Program-made: the position numbers and the translations under genes
The notes under the pieces: model-generated
Told to the model about the DNA's origin: nothing
The model's input: only the letters and a program-made list of their open reading frames with translations
Database searches by the model: none
Part shown: positions 37,801 to 51,222 of the stretch, one piece after another
How positions within the stretch are numbered: position 1 is the stretch's first letter
How the letters are laid out: the number at the start of each line of letters is the position of its first letter
Origin: Eledone cirrhosa
Taxonomy: Eukaryota
Assembly (NCBI GenBank): GCA_964016885.1
Contig: OZ024752.1
Location: 28,954,001-29,018,000 of the forward strand
Direction of reading: 5' to 3'
DNA length: 64,000 bases

Positions 37801-39445
37801 TCTCAGTCCTGTCGACTGGGACCACGAGGCGGACTAACACTTATGTTTCATTTCTGCTGGTGGCATGTGGAATGGATTTACTTGCATTTTGTTAGTTGTT
37901 TATTATATCACTGCGAGAGAGAGAGTGTGTGTGTGTGTGCGTGTGCGTGTGTGTGTGCGTATGTGTGCAATAGGCTTGTTTCATGTTTACATTTATGTAA
38001 ACCAGGGGTATGCAACATATTCCATTGGCGGTCCACTTTTGAACATTGTAACAACTATTAGGGGCATTAATATCTATTAAGCACTATTCCAAAGATTCAC
38101 CACAACTTCTTTCTATAGGGAAATTATAACACACATAACCCTATCAGTGAAGCCCTTTAGTATGAAGCGAAGGCGGTTAGTAGTTATCGTTGGAAGAAAT
38201 AACACGAATAACTGGTTTACTTTTGATATAAAAGATTTACTTCACTTCATAAATGAACAAAGAATAGGTTACGAAGAGTTATAACGATTGAAGATGTTTT
38301 TGACGTTGCTTCATTATGCTGGTGTAGTCTGAGACCAGAAGAGAGAAAGAGAGAGTAAAGGTAAGGTCTGTAGCAGTCTGTAGACCCCAGTGGTCTGTAG
38401 TTAGAGGTAAATGTTTTACATAGCTATTCTCTCGAGTACTGCTCCGAACTCCCTTTCTTGCTTGGTCTCATACAGGCTATTTATACCTCTCGTTTTCTGT
38501 TTCCCGTTTCGAGGGATCGCCTACGCATGAACTTGTTGACGTCAAAAAGGAGATGACCCGGAATTTGATCTTTCTGTGTCACCCAGGGTTCAAGGTGTGG
38601 ACAGATTTCGCCACAAGTATAGTGACCTATACTAACAGAAAATTGTATTACGGTTACGAAAAAAATTCTAAATAAGCCTACAAGGTAAAAATTAAAAACG
38701 GTCATCGTGGGCCACTCTGATTGGATTGTGGCCCGCGGGCCCCCTGTTGGACGCCCTTCATCTAAAACCTTCCATCATAATTTTATGTAGGAACTTGTGT
38801 TATGCTCCAAATACCAGTTTGACTCTTAGCATTGTCTACCACATGAAAGCAAATAAGCAATACATTATTGGAAAGTACAAAATATCATGTTGATTTTATT
38901 TTTTGATCAGTTTAAAATATAATTTATCAAACTTGAAAATTAAAAAACTTAAATGTTAAAATTCGAAAAAAATATTTAAAATAACAACACTACAGATATT
39001 TAAAAACGAAAAATGAAGGAAAATTGCTTCATGATGGTGGTGTAGTCTGAGACCAGGAGAGAGAGAGAGAGAGTAAAGCTCTGTAGCAGTCTGTAGACAC
39101 CAGTGGTCTGTAGTATCTTCTCTGGGGTCACAGAAGAATGGGAGGGGAAAGGCAAGGGCTCTGGGGGTCACAGAAGAATGGGAGGGGGAAGAGGAATGGT
39201 GGTGGGTTCTAGGCCTAGGGGTGCAATGGTGTTGGGGCTGCAAAAGCATTTCCTGAATCAGATTAAATATTGAAGTAAACAACAGCTGTTTGCTTGGGAG
39301 TGTCCGCTCCTTTGTCTTCACAACCAGTCAAGCATAACTTCTCTCTAGATTATATACTAGCTACGAAGCCTAAAGAATTCAGATGGTAAAGTGTGTACTG
39401 TCTGCCAGTGTGACCCTCAGCTTATCAAATTATACTTTAAACTAG

Positions 39446-39656
39446 GGCAAGCATGTCAAACTGAGGGCCACATGAGTCACATATGTGTTGCCTGAGGGCC
39501 ACACACAACTAATTGCACACATTACAACAATGTTTTTTTTTTATTTTATATTACGAAGATAAAACATGCTCGTGCTGTAAAAACCTTTGTGCGGGCCGCA
39601 GGTGTGCTTGTAAAGGGTTGCATGCGGCCCGCGGGCCGCATGTTTGTCATGCCCCG
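39446..39656. mobile_element. Degenerate hAT-like MITE; similar remnants at 38003-38759 and 61170-61320
   Basis: GCATGTCAAAC / GTTTGTCATGC inverted ends with GCGGCCCGCGGGCCGC subterminal motif. Confidence 0.5.
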
Positions 39657-39999
39657 AACTACGGTACTTGTATAGTGACCACTACTGCCAGTAAGTTGAG
39701 CACTCCAGTAACTCAATGTCACCGTCTCTCTCGCTCTCACCTTCTCTCACAGTTACTTTTGAAAAACCATCTCAGACAAAAGAAGCTAACAGCACACACA
39801 CGCGGCCACATGTATTTTGTATGTACATACAGATACATCAGATAGAAATACATACATATAATCAATTAATTATTGCTAGTAACCTTTATAAAGATCAAAT
39901 TAATTTCAGAGTTCATGAAATAAGGTTAAAGAGTGTACTCAATATAAGAAGGTACATAATTATTTCTTATGTCTCAGGTCCCAACACAAAAAAAAAAAA

Positions 40000-40400
40000 A
40001 CTCCCACTGTCACTGCTTCCGTCTCTCCCCATCTCTCACTATTGTGAGCAAATGGAGGCCCATGCGTTGGCCGTCCCGCGGCCCCGGCGGACAGAATAGA
40101 GAAGGCGTTTTCCCGGAGGGTGGTGAAGGAAACGCACTGGAAGAACCATTTCAGCTCGCCAGGTAGCCAACTCTATGCCGATGGTGGTGAGCCGGGAGGT
40201 GGCCCTAGGGCCAAGTACATCAGAAGTCTCCACTGCTACGGGCTCGACGGCAAACTTGTCGGAGAACGATAGATATTTGGAGATTGTACCCTCCTCGGCC
40301 CGAAATGCAGCAGAGCTTGGGTTAGTCCCAGACTGCACCAGGTTACTGCAGGAGAATGTGTCGCTGCATGTGGTATCCAGATGAGGGGTTTACCACCTTT
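40000..40400 (-). mobile_element. CRE/R2-group non-LTR element 3' fragment (restriction-like endonuclease)
   Basis: GKPLIW/DTTCSDTF...AAFRAEE...SKY...PVAVETSDVLGP motifs; poly(A)-like end. Interrupted by a SINE at 40406. Confidence 0.7.
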
Positions 40401-40759
40401 ATAAATATAATTGTTTCTACTTTTTGGCACAAGGCCAGCAATTATCCCAGTGCATTACTGGTACTTTATTTTAACGACCACGTAAGGATGAAAGGCAAAG
40501 TTAACCTCGGCCGGATTTGAACTCAGAATGGCAAGGGCCGTAACTCTATGCGTCAAAGCATGGCTGCATGAAAATATACAATCAAGGGTGAAAAAAAACC
40601 CCATCAATTCAACACACTAAATGCCTCAATCGGTCACACACCACAAGGGGTCATAGAGAACCTTTTGAGGCAACACTCTTGCAGCAATACCGTGGGTGAT
40701 GGCAAGGCTAGGGCGCCGAAACAACCAAGCACCCCGGCGGGCATGTGTGGTGTGTATGA

Positions 40760-43700
40760 AGTGTCTGACTGTGTGTGTGTGTGTGTATGTGGTCTCTGTG
40801 TCTGAGTGTGTGTGGTGTCTGTGTGTGCCTATGCGGCGCCTGTGTGTGTCTATGTAGTGCCAGTCTGTGTGTCTATGCAGTGCCAGTGTGTGTGTCTATG
40901 TAGTGCCATGTGTGTGTGTGTGTCTATGTAGTGCCAGTGTGTGTGTCTATGTAGTGCCAGTCTGTGTGTGTCTATGTAGTGCCAGTGTGTGTGTCTATGT
41001 AGTGCCAGTCTGTGTGTGTCTATGTAGTGCCAGTGTGTGTGTGTCTATGTAGTGCCAGTCTGTGTGTGTCTATGTAGTGCCAGTCTGTGTGTGTCTATGT
41101 AGTGCCAGTCTGTGTGTGTCTATGTAGTGCCAGTCTGTGTGTGTCTATGTAGTGCCAGTGTGTGTGTGTCTATGTAGTGCCAGTCTGTCTGTGTCTATGT
41201 AGAGCCAGTCTGTGTGTGTCTATGTAGTGCCAGTCTGTGTGTGTCTATGTAGTGCCAGTCTGTGTGTGTCTATGTAGTGCCAGTGTGTGTGTCTATGTAG
41301 TGCCAGTCTGTGTGTGTCTATGTAGTGCCAGTCTGTCTGTGTCTATGTAGTGCCAGTCTGTGTGTGTCTATGTAGTGCCAGTGTGTGTGTGTCTATGTAG
41401 TGCCAGTCTGTGTGTGTCTATGTAGTGCCAGTGTGTGTGTCTATGTAGTGCCAGTCTGTGTGTCTATGTAGTGCCAGTCTGTGTGTCTATGTAGTGCCAG
41501 TCTGTGTGTGTCTATGTAGTGCCAGTGTGTGTGTGTCTATGTAGAGCCAGTCTCTGTGTGTCTATGCAGTGCCAGTCTGTGTGTCTATGTAGTGCCAGTC
41601 TGTGTGTCTATGTAGAGCCAGTCTGTGTGTCTATGTAGTGCCAGTCTGTGTGTGTCTATGTAGTGCCAGTCTGTGTGTGTCTATGTAGTGCCAGTGTGTG
41701 TGTGTCTATGTAGAGCCAGTCTCTGTGTGTCTATGCAGTGCCAGTCTGTGTGTCTATGTAGTGCCAGTCTGTGTGTGTCTATGTAGAGCCAGTCTGTGTG
41801 TGTCTATGTAGTGCCAGTGTGTGTGTGTCTATGCAGTGCCAGTCTGTGTGTCTATGTAGTGCCAGTCTGTGTGTGTCTATGTAGTGCCAGTGTGTGTGTG
41901 TCTATGTAGTGCCAGTCTGTCTGTGTCTATGTAGAGCCAGTCTGTGTGTGTCTATGTAGTGCCAGTCTGTGTGTGTCTATGTAGTGCCAGTCTGTGTGTG
42001 TCTATGTAGTGCCAGTGTGTGTGTCTATGTAGTGCCAGTCTGTGTGTGTCTATGTAGTGCCAGTCTGTCTGTGTCTATGTAGTGCCAGTCTGTGTGTGTC
42101 TATGTAGTGCCAGTGTGTGTGTGTCTATGTAGTGCCAGTCTGTGTGTGTCTATGTAGTGCCAGTGTGTGTGTCTATGTAGTGCCAGTCTGTGTGTCTATG
42201 TAGTGCCAGTCTGTGTGTCTATGTAGTGCCAGTCTGTGTGTGTCTATGTAGTGCCAGTGTGTGTGTGTCTATGTAGAGCCAGTCTCTGTGTGTCTATGCA
42301 GTGCCAGTCTGTGTGTCTATGTAGTGCCAGTCTGTGTGTCTATGTAGAGCCAGTCTGTGTGTCTATGTAGTGCCAGTCTGTGTGTGTCTATGTAGTGTCA
42401 GTGTCTGTATGTCTATGTAGTGCCAGTCTGTGTGTGTCTATGTAGTGCCAGTGTGTGTGTGTCTATGTAGTGCCAGTCTGTGTGTGTCTATGCAGTGCCA
42501 GTCTGTGTGTCTATGTAGTGCCAGTCTGTGTGTGTCTATGTAGTGCCAGTGTGTGTGTGTCTATGTAGAGCCAGTCTCTGTGTGTCTATGCAGTGCCAGT
42601 CTGTGTGTCTATGTAGTGCCAGTCTGTGTGTGTCTATGTAGAGCCAGTCTGTGTGTGTCTATGTAGTGCCAGTGTGTGTGTGTCTATGTAGTGCCAGTCT
42701 GTGTGTGTCTATGTAGTGCCAGTGTGTGTGTCTATGTAGTGCCATGTGTGTGTCTATGTAGTGCCAGTGTGTGTGTCTATGTAGTGCCATGTGTGTGTCT
42801 ATGTAGTGCCAGTCTGTGTGTCTATGCAGTGCCAGTGTGTGTGTCTATGCAGTGCCAGTGTGTGTGTCTATGCAGTGCCAGTCTGTGTGTGTCTATGTAG
42901 TGCCAGTCTGTGTGTGTCTATGTAGTGCCAGTCTGTGTGTGTCTATGTAGTGCCATGTGTGTGTGTGTGTCTATGTAGTGCCAGTCTGTGTGTGTCTATG
43001 TAGTGTCAGTGTCTGTATGTCTATGTAGTGCCAGTCTGTGTGTGTCTATGTAGTGTCAGTGTCTGTGTGTCTATGTAGTGCCAGTGTGTGTGTGTCTATG
43101 TAGTGCCAGTCTGTGTGTGTCTATGTAGTGCCAGTCTCTGTGTGTCTATGCAGTGCCAGTCTGTGTGTCTATGCAGTGCCAGTGTGTGTGTGTCTATGTA
43201 GAGCCAGTCTCTGTGTGTCTATGTAGTGCCAGTCTGTGTGTCTATGCAGTGCCAGTGTGTGTGTGTCTATGTAGAGCCAGTCTCTGTGTGTCTATGTAGT
43301 GCCAGTCTCTGTGTGTCTATGCAGTGCCAGTCTGTGTGTGTCTATGCAGTGCCAGTCTGTGTGTGTCTATGCAGTGCCAGTCTGTGTGTGTCTATGTAGT
43401 GCCAGTGTGTGTGTGTCTATGTAGAGCCAGTCTCTGTGTGTCTATGCAGTGCCAGTCTGTGTGTCTATGTAGTGCCAGTCTGTGTGTGTCTATGTAGTGC
43501 CAGTCTGTGTGTCTATGCAGTGCCAGTGTGTGTGTTTATGTAGTGCCAGTCTGTGTGTCTATGTAGTGCCAGTCTGTGTGTCTATGTAGTGCCAGTCTGT
43601 GTGTCTATGTAGTGCCAGTCTGTGTGTGTCTATGTAATGCCAGTCTGTGTGTCTATGTAGTGCCAGTCTGTGTGTCTATGTGGTGTCTGTGTGTGTGTCT

Positions 43701-44255
43701 ATGTAGTGCCAGTGTGTGTGTCTATGTAGTGCCAGTCTGTGTGTCTATGTAGTGCCAGTCTGTGTGTGTCTATGTAGTGCCAGTCTGTGTGTGTCTATGT
43801 AGTGTCAGTGTCTGTATGTCTATGTAGTGCCAGTCTGTGTGTGTCTATGTAGTGTCAGTGTCTGTATGTCTATGTAGTGCCAGTCTGTGTGTGTCTATGT
43901 AGTGTCAGTGTCTGTATGTCTATGTAGTGCCAGTCTGTGTGTCTATGTAGTGCCAGTCTGTGTGTCTATGTAGTGCCAGTCTGTGTGTCTATGTAGTGCC
44001 AGTCTGTGTGTCTATGTAGTGCCAGTCTGTGTGTGTCTATGTAGTGCCAGTCTGTGTGTGTCTATGTAGTGCCAATCTGTGTGTCTATGTAGTGCCAATC
44101 TGTGTGTGTCTATGTAGTGCCAGTCTGTGTGTCTATGTAGTGCCAGTCTGTGTGTCTATGTGGTGTCTGTGTATGTGTCTATATAGTACATGTGTGTATG
44201 TCTATGTGGTGTGTGTGTATGTGGTGTCTCTGTGTGTGTGTGGTTCCTGTGTATA
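40760..44255. repeat. 3.5-kb minisatellite, 22/24-bp unit CTATGTAGTGCCAGTCTGTGTGT(GT)
   Basis: Direct tandem units without spacers, degenerating into GT-rich sequence at both edges. Confidence 0.97.
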
Positions 44256-44531
44256 TATATAGTCATATACTGGGGTGGTATTTTCGGGCCTTAAGGGTAG
44301 AGCTGTTACCTTTACAGGGTTGCTAGGACCTCTGTAATAAGTGCGTGAATCTAAGAGGGATATATGTTGAATAAAATCATAATTAACTGATCCTCCTGGA
44401 TTTTTCTTTTACCCCAAAGCCGGGAACTTTTAAGCACCCCGGTATGTGTGTCGCATCGATAGATAAGTCGCATCGGTTGATAAGTCGCACCCGCTTTGTG
44501 TTTATATTTCCCCTCCATTAGTTAATATTTC

Positions 44532-44715
44532 GGTGGATTGGCAGTATCGGTAGAGGGTCGGACGCCATGCTTTCCAGCATAGTTACGTCCCTTTACGATC
44601 TGAGTTCAAATCCCGCCGAGGTTGACTTTTATTTCATCCTTACGGGGTCGATAAAATAAAGTACCAGTAATGCACTGGGTAATTGCTGGCCTTGTGCCTA
44701 AAGTAGAAACAATTA
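44532..44715 (+). mobile_element. Young SINE copy with target-site duplication
   Basis: Flanked by ATTAGTTAATATTTC on both sides; nearly identical to 1163-1345 (-) and 22915-23098 (-). Confidence 0.9.
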
Positions 44716-44867
44716 GTTAATATTTCAAGCCCAGTACAAAATTCGTGACTTTCTTTCGCGCTCGACTTTTTTTTTTTTTTCGTTTTCTTTTTAAGAGATT
44801 AAAATAAAACTGCGACTTAAAGTGGGTGCTACCACCCGGGGGAGGGGGGTAAGATGATATAAAAGTA

Positions 44868-45030
44868 CCGTATTTCCCGGCGTCGAAGTCACTACTTTTT
44901 TCCAAAAATAAGTCTCAAAAATCTACCATGCATCCTGGAGGTCGAAGGTTATTTTTTTTTTCAAATTTTTGGTTGTCAAAATTAGGGTGCGTCCTCGAGA
45001 ACGAAGCGTCTTCGGCGCCGGGAAATATAT
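44868..45030. mobile_element. Tc1/pogo-like MITE
   Basis: Inverted ends TATTTCCCGGCGTCGAAG / CTTCGGCGCCGGGAAATA after TA. Confidence 0.55.
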
Positions 45031-45251
45031 TAGATATCAAATAATAGTATATATTATGTTATTTATCATATATAAATTAACGATTTTATTTATTATATAT
45101 TATTTACAATTTGCGTGCAGACAGATCTCTCTAGGAATAAGGTTGGGGTGCTGATGGTATTACGTGGCAGTAAGGGAGGCTGAGGGCGGTGGCCCAAAAA
45201 GTTGGAGCACGGTAACTAAAGGCGAAAAAAAAATCTATGAAAATTACTTAC

Positions 45252-45255
45252 CCAT
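45252..45255 (-). CDS. NR2E5: Nuclear receptor NR2E5/HR83-like, candidate coding exon 1 (only ATG+G coding)
   Basis: Minus strand reads tttccATGG|GTAAGT (perfect donor 45251-45246). ATG G joined to GA AGA ACA CTT of the 22110 exon gives M-G-R-T-L-P in the right phase. Non-repetitive sequence lies upstream (45260-45760). Confidence 0.7.
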
Positions 45256-48200
45256 GGAAACTGGTGAAAAGCACAACTTTCTTTCTCGCTTGATCAATGT
45301 AACAAAAGGCATTGAAGAAAGCTGCTATTTATATTAAATACTACCACAATAAACATCGATTTTTTTTTATTCAAACCAGCCCTAAAAAATAAAAATAAAA
45401 TAATTATCTTTATTATATTCGTTCAGATTTAACCTGACAAGCGATCTGTCAAACGTCGCCGCAGTCACAAACAAACAGCAAGAATATCACAGAGCAATGT
45501 TAGTTCAGACGGCATCTTGAGTCACAAGAGGGAAGCTAACGACCAACAAGCATAAAGATTAGTCATTGATCTCGATTGCTTGCTTTAAGACAGTGTTTGC
45601 AGGTTTGCAGGTGAACTTGTATCTAAGTTGATTCTCAACAGTTTTTCTCCCCCGTTTTCGTGTTGATTCAGTTGGTGTCCCTGCTTCCTATTGACAGCAA
45701 TAAACATATATTTAGCGATTTGATGTCTGTTGTTAACCCTGCAGCGCAACCAAACACCCCACCACCAACAACAACCACGATTTGTGCATCTCGCATTATT
45801 AAAAATGGTGGTGGGGTGTGGGTGATAGCGGTGGTGGGGTGTGGGTAATAGTGGTGGCGGCGGCGGCGCTACTGGTGGTGGTGATGGTGATGGTAGTGGT
45901 GACAGTGATGTTGGTGGTAGTGGTGGTGGTGATGCCGGTGGCAGCGGTGGTGATGATGTTGGTGGGTGATGACTGCGACAACGGTGGTGGTGGTGGTGAC
46001 GTCGGCGACAACGGAGGTGATGGTGGTGAATGTGGTGGTGATGGTGACGGTAGTAGTTCTGTTAATGGTGGTGGTGATGGACGTGGTAATGAGAATGGAA
46101 CAAAGAATTATTATTGTTTACGTTATATATATAAAAAATAAAAATAAAAACTGTCCATAGATCAATAAGTAAGGTGATTTCAAAGAGGATAAGTTAGCAA
46201 TATGTTCGGAATGGTTTAACGATTGATATCGGGCAGGAAATATCCGAATAAATAGATGAACACTTAAAACAAACAAACAAAAAAACTCTTCCTATAAAAC
46301 CATTATTGGATTTCGCTGGATCAATACCACCGTTTCTTAAAGCAATAAAAGGTTTCTCTAATGTTTGGTATGGTAATGAATCAATTTGGGGATTAAGTGG
46401 ATCTTGGGGTTAACTAATACATAAATTGAACTTTATAATTCTTAATAATCACATAACATAACCGTATATATATATATGTGAAGACGGCGTTTTTATGGCG
46501 TTGGGTAAAAAAAGGTCCTGTGTTATTTATTCGTTCTGAGTTCAAACACTGCCAACTTTTCTTTTCACCCTTTCGGTGTCGATAAATAAAGTACCTATCC
46601 AAGACTGGAGACCACTTCTTCTTTTCTCTCTCTCTCAAAGAAATTAGCTGTGGTTAGACTTGGATAAGTTGGTTCTGCCAGTTTTAAATGACCCAAATAC
46701 ACTATATCATGCTGAGCCTCCAGCAACTCCAACAAGAGTTGGGTCCACAAGGCAAGGCCCTCACACGTGTGTGTGTGTGTGTGTGTTACAACATATGATA
46801 AATGCAGCTCAGAATGAGAAAATAAAGTGCTAAAGGAATGACAAGATAGTATGAGTTAGTTAATCTGTAATAAAAACACTTGCAGTTTGGGATTTTGGGT
46901 ATGTTTAAGCTATTATATTATAACTGTTGTTATTGTGTTGGTGGTCAACTTTGCCTTTCACCCATTTGAGGTCGATAAAAATGTACCGCCAGGTTTAAAA
47001 TGCCATAGAAACGCTGTATGTCGACTTGGTGCCCCTAAGACTCCATCAGGAGTTATGGGACCATCCATGCATACATGCATATTGTATAGGCCAAGGTTAG
47101 CTTTGATTGAGCACACCAACAGCATTTAAGTATTTGGTTGAATGACAAGATATGTATCACTGCTCTGTTGTTCTGGTAATATCATGCCTTTAGCAATCTG
47201 AAGACTATACAGCACGCCTCAGTGTGCAAAGTATTATATGTCATATGGGGTTACAATGGGTCAGCCTGGATATATTCCATCCTCTTGCTGTCCAGTCTGT
47301 TTATGTATGCCTATTGTCGTTGATATTTAATCCCAGTTCAGCTCTGATCTAGCAGACCTACAATCAAATGCCTTCCAGCCGTGACCTGTCTTTTTCTCTA
47401 TGTTCAATAAATTGAGGTGCGTATTATCCAATATATATCCCTTTGCTAAGACAGTAGGGAGTTTTATGAAAGAAATTTGGCCATGCTGGAGCTTCTACAT
47501 TGGCTGTATGACTCAAATGGTGGCCACAGTAGAGTCAGGCTTGATGGACCAGATGTGTTGCCTAGCTGCTCTTCCTCTGGAGCTAATGAGGCTATTGATG
47601 CTGAAATTATTTCAATGTATATGGGTGATTTTTTTTATATGCTTTGCCTAGACTGAGAGGGAAAGATAATATTTTAGAATGCTATTGTATGGGTGTTTGG
47701 AAGTGAATTTTCATGTATTGACCAAAACACATGTCCAGGTGCAATTTAGTATTTTTGTATTGATGTGTAAATAGTTTGTCTACAATCAATGACAGGTTTC
47801 AGGTAGAGCTATCATATTCAAGGTTGGACTGAATATTTTGATTGTACACCATTTTAACACATGCTTCCTTGAATTAAGAGAATTAAGTGATCTTATTTGT
47901 ATGTATGGTCCCGTAACTCCCGATAGAGTTGTAGAGACACCGTATTGACATACAGTGTTTCTTGGGCATCTTAAGCCTGGTGGAGCCCATCCCTTTCCAG
48001 GCCTGAGTACAGCATATTTCTTCCAAAGATAGAAAGTAAGAGAGAGGAAAAGAGAAAGAGATATAGAGGAAGAATTGACTCCAGTACTAGACTGATACTT
48101 TTTTTATTGACCTCAAAAGTATGAAAGGCAAAGTTGACCTTGGCGGGATTTGAACTCAGAGAGCATACAGCCAGAACGAGTACCATAAAGCATTCTATTT

Positions 48201-48560
48201 GATGTTGTAACGACTCTGCCAATTCGCTGCCTATGATCTTATGTGTAGGTGATGATAATTCAGCCAGAGGAAAAATATTCTATCTTATTGTAACTGGTAG
48301 TTAAATAATAGAACTGAACAATATATATTTTTTACTGAAAATAAATTAAAAAGCAAAAATTGGAGGAGTTGAACTCAATTTACAATTATAACTATGAGTT
48401 AACTCTGTCCTTTTCTGTTAAAGATATTGAATTATTTGTGTTATGAAATATTCTCATGGCATTACTGTACAATATAGGTCCCATCAATTTACTTTCATCA
48501 AATACTTCAGCTTCTGTAATACTGAAATATGAAGATGCTACTCATTGCTATAACTTTTAA

Positions 48561-48781
48561 CCCTTTAGCATTTACATTATTCTATATTTACTATTGTATT
48601 TTTGTGGTAAAGGCTTTATCTTACATAGTTACCTCACATAATATCGAATCTATGAGATTTTGATATTATTTATTTTGAGAACAATACCTTAATGTAGGTA
48701 TGAGGGGCCAGTTATGGCTGGTTTGAAGAGAAAGAGATGAGAGATTTCTGGCCAGATATGGCCGGTTTAAATGCTAAAGGG
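48561..48781. mobile_element. piggyBac-type MITE; related family at 50218-50701, 55870-56090 and 58270-58380
   Basis: TTAA target duplication and CCCTTTAGCATTTA TIRs. Confidence 0.8.
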
Positions 48782-48799
48782 TTAAAAGAAGACTATATA

Positions 48800-49312
48800 C
48801 CTCTGTCGCCAATGTTGAAGTCCTTGAACGGGCAGAGGTCAACAGCGTCGAGGCTATGCTACTGAAGTCCCAACTACGTGGGCAGAGCACATCTCCAGGA
48901 TGAAGGATCTTCGCCTGCCCAGGATCACATTGTTCTGCAAACCTTCCACTGGTGATTGTAACAGGGGGAACTAAGAAAGCAATACAAGGCTGTTTGATTT
49001 GAAAAATCTCTTGGTGCCTATCATATCAACTATAACTGGTGGTCCACTCTAGCTGAGAACCGTGATGCATGGCGTCTCACCATCAACCATGCTGTTTCCT
49101 CCTTCGAAAACACTTGCAGAGCCACTCTCAAGGACAAAAGACACTGGAGGAAGAACCACAACACCAAGTCATCAACCCTTGACCAGACCTTCAGGTGCAG
49201 CCGCTGCAGACATGCCTGCCTGTCTTACATTGGCCTAAACAGCCACAGGCATGCCTGCAGTCAATGTGGACCGGCCCCTTCATAATCTTCATTTATGAAG
49301 TCAAGCCATGAC
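48800..49312 (+). mobile_element. Decayed RTE (BovB-like) 3' fragment
   Basis: NVEVLERAEVNSVEAMLLKSQLR.. and C-terminal CSRC..CLSYIGLNSHRHAC zinc-finger remnant. Confidence 0.75.
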
Positions 49313-50907
49313 ATGCCTCTGTTAACTAAAGCACTCTCAACAAATAACAAAATCTAACGCTGTGCAGGATTTCTTTCAGATTTATACCATCTTAAGCTAC
49401 ATTATCTAATGTTACCTTCCTTTTCTTTAAGATTTCAGAGAAATTTGCTTGCTATTTCAACAAAGTCAATTAACCACAAATAAATTCTTCCTCTGATTAG
49501 ATTTTGTTTATATTCAAGAGTTCTTTTGTTACAGTATTCAAAGGATGAAAGTATTGATAATGGACATTCCAGTAAGTTTCTATTATTTTACCTCCTAAAA
49601 AGAAAACCTACATTTTTTGTTGAACAAATTGCCTAAAAAAAAACAAATTCTAACCATAACAATGTTAAGAATTTCCTTGCATTGAGTTAGTATTAGTCTG
49701 ATACAGAAAGTCAGTTGCATCCCCCACCCAAACACCTTAACAAAACAAGCTGATCCTTACATAGTTTGAAACAAAAACAAAAAAATCTTCTGCAGCTGTT
49801 AAACAAACTAACTGCTAAAAATAATAAAAGAATTTGGAAGAATTTTGGACAACCAAGGATAGGGTGTAATATAACTCATTTTCTTATTCTTTATCTGGTG
49901 TTCGAGGCATAGCTTAAAAAATGTTTTTACATAAAATTATGATGAAATATTTGAGATAAATAGAAACATTTTAAAATAAAGTTATATACTGTAGAACCTG
50001 AGGCGGTTTATGCAGTTTGGTCTCCAAAGGTTTAGGGGAATTCTTTTGTTAGTAAATTCTCAAAGTTTACTGAAAGCATTGTTGTATAAGTAAAGGGAGG
50101 AGGATGTGGGTCTATTGAAAATCACTATAATACAGAACATAGAGGAAAATATATATTTAGTTAATACTTCAGATTTAACCAAACAGACTAGTTAAATTAT
50201 TTCAAATCTAACATTAACCCTTTTCATATCAACTGGCCCAAAACAACCAACTTATTTCGAAAGTTTTCTGATTAAATTAAAACCTTCCAACACAATTTTA
50301 CATTTGTTATGTTAGAAATACCTTCTTAATGAAATAATAATTCTTTCTAACATCGACACAAGGCCAGCAATTCGAGGAAGGGGGAATGTCAATTATGTTG
50401 ACCTTGATACTTAACTGGAATTTAATTTATCAACCCTGGAAGAATGAAAGGCAAAGTACACCTCGGCTGGATTTGAACTTTAATGAAATAATAAATACAT
50501 ATAAAAATGAGAAAACTCATTGTAGAACAACCATTAAAACAGCTAAATGTTGCTTGCTTCATCTCGATCAGAAACATTTAAATAATTAATAATAATTTAT
50601 AAATAATCATTTAAATAATTAATAATTTTAGTAAATCTCTCCAAATTCTTCAATAACTAATTCAAATAGTGTATTTTATTAGAAATATGGTAATGAAAGG
50701 GTTAACTGCAAATGTCAAAACTACTATGATGAAATGGGTGGTGTTTGACATTTTTATCAGCTAACTTTTCTGACAGTCATTAGGCATCTTATGATTTATT
50801 TACATAGCTTCTTGAACACACATATCTATAGCTTCATTTTTGTTGTTATGGTGCCAGAATTTATACATTTCCAACAGCTCTTTATTATTTGTTGTATCAG
50901 CTCTGTA

Positions 50908-51222
50908 GGCAGCAAATTGGCAGAGTCATTAGAATGTTGGATAGAATGCTGTGGTATTCGTTCCAGCTTTTTTCTCTCTGAGTTCAAATCCTGCCGAGGT
51001 CAACTTTGCCTGTTATCCATTTAAGGTCGATAAAAAAGTATCAATCAAATACTGGGGACAATTCTTCCTCTATATCTCTTTCCTTCTCTGGAAGAAATCT
51101 GCTGTATTCAGACCTGAAGAGGAATTAAGCTCTGCCAGGTTTGAAAAAGATGCCCAAGAAACACTATATTAATACGGCACCCCTACAACTCCTTCAGGGG
51201 ATATGGGGCCATGCATGCATAT
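50908..51222 (+). mobile_element. SINE subfamily with same core but different 3' tail; also 19905-20235 (-), 21490-21745 (-), 47900-48232 (-) and 52033-52335 (+)
   Basis: Shared tail CTCTATATCTCTTTC..GGAAGAAATCTGCTGTATTCAGACCTG..ATGCAT. Confidence 0.8.

Noticed and set aside
40760-44255. Regular repeat array as a CRISPR array or coding repeat
   Set aside because: No unique spacers, eukaryotic context, and frequent TAG stops; it is a minisatellite.
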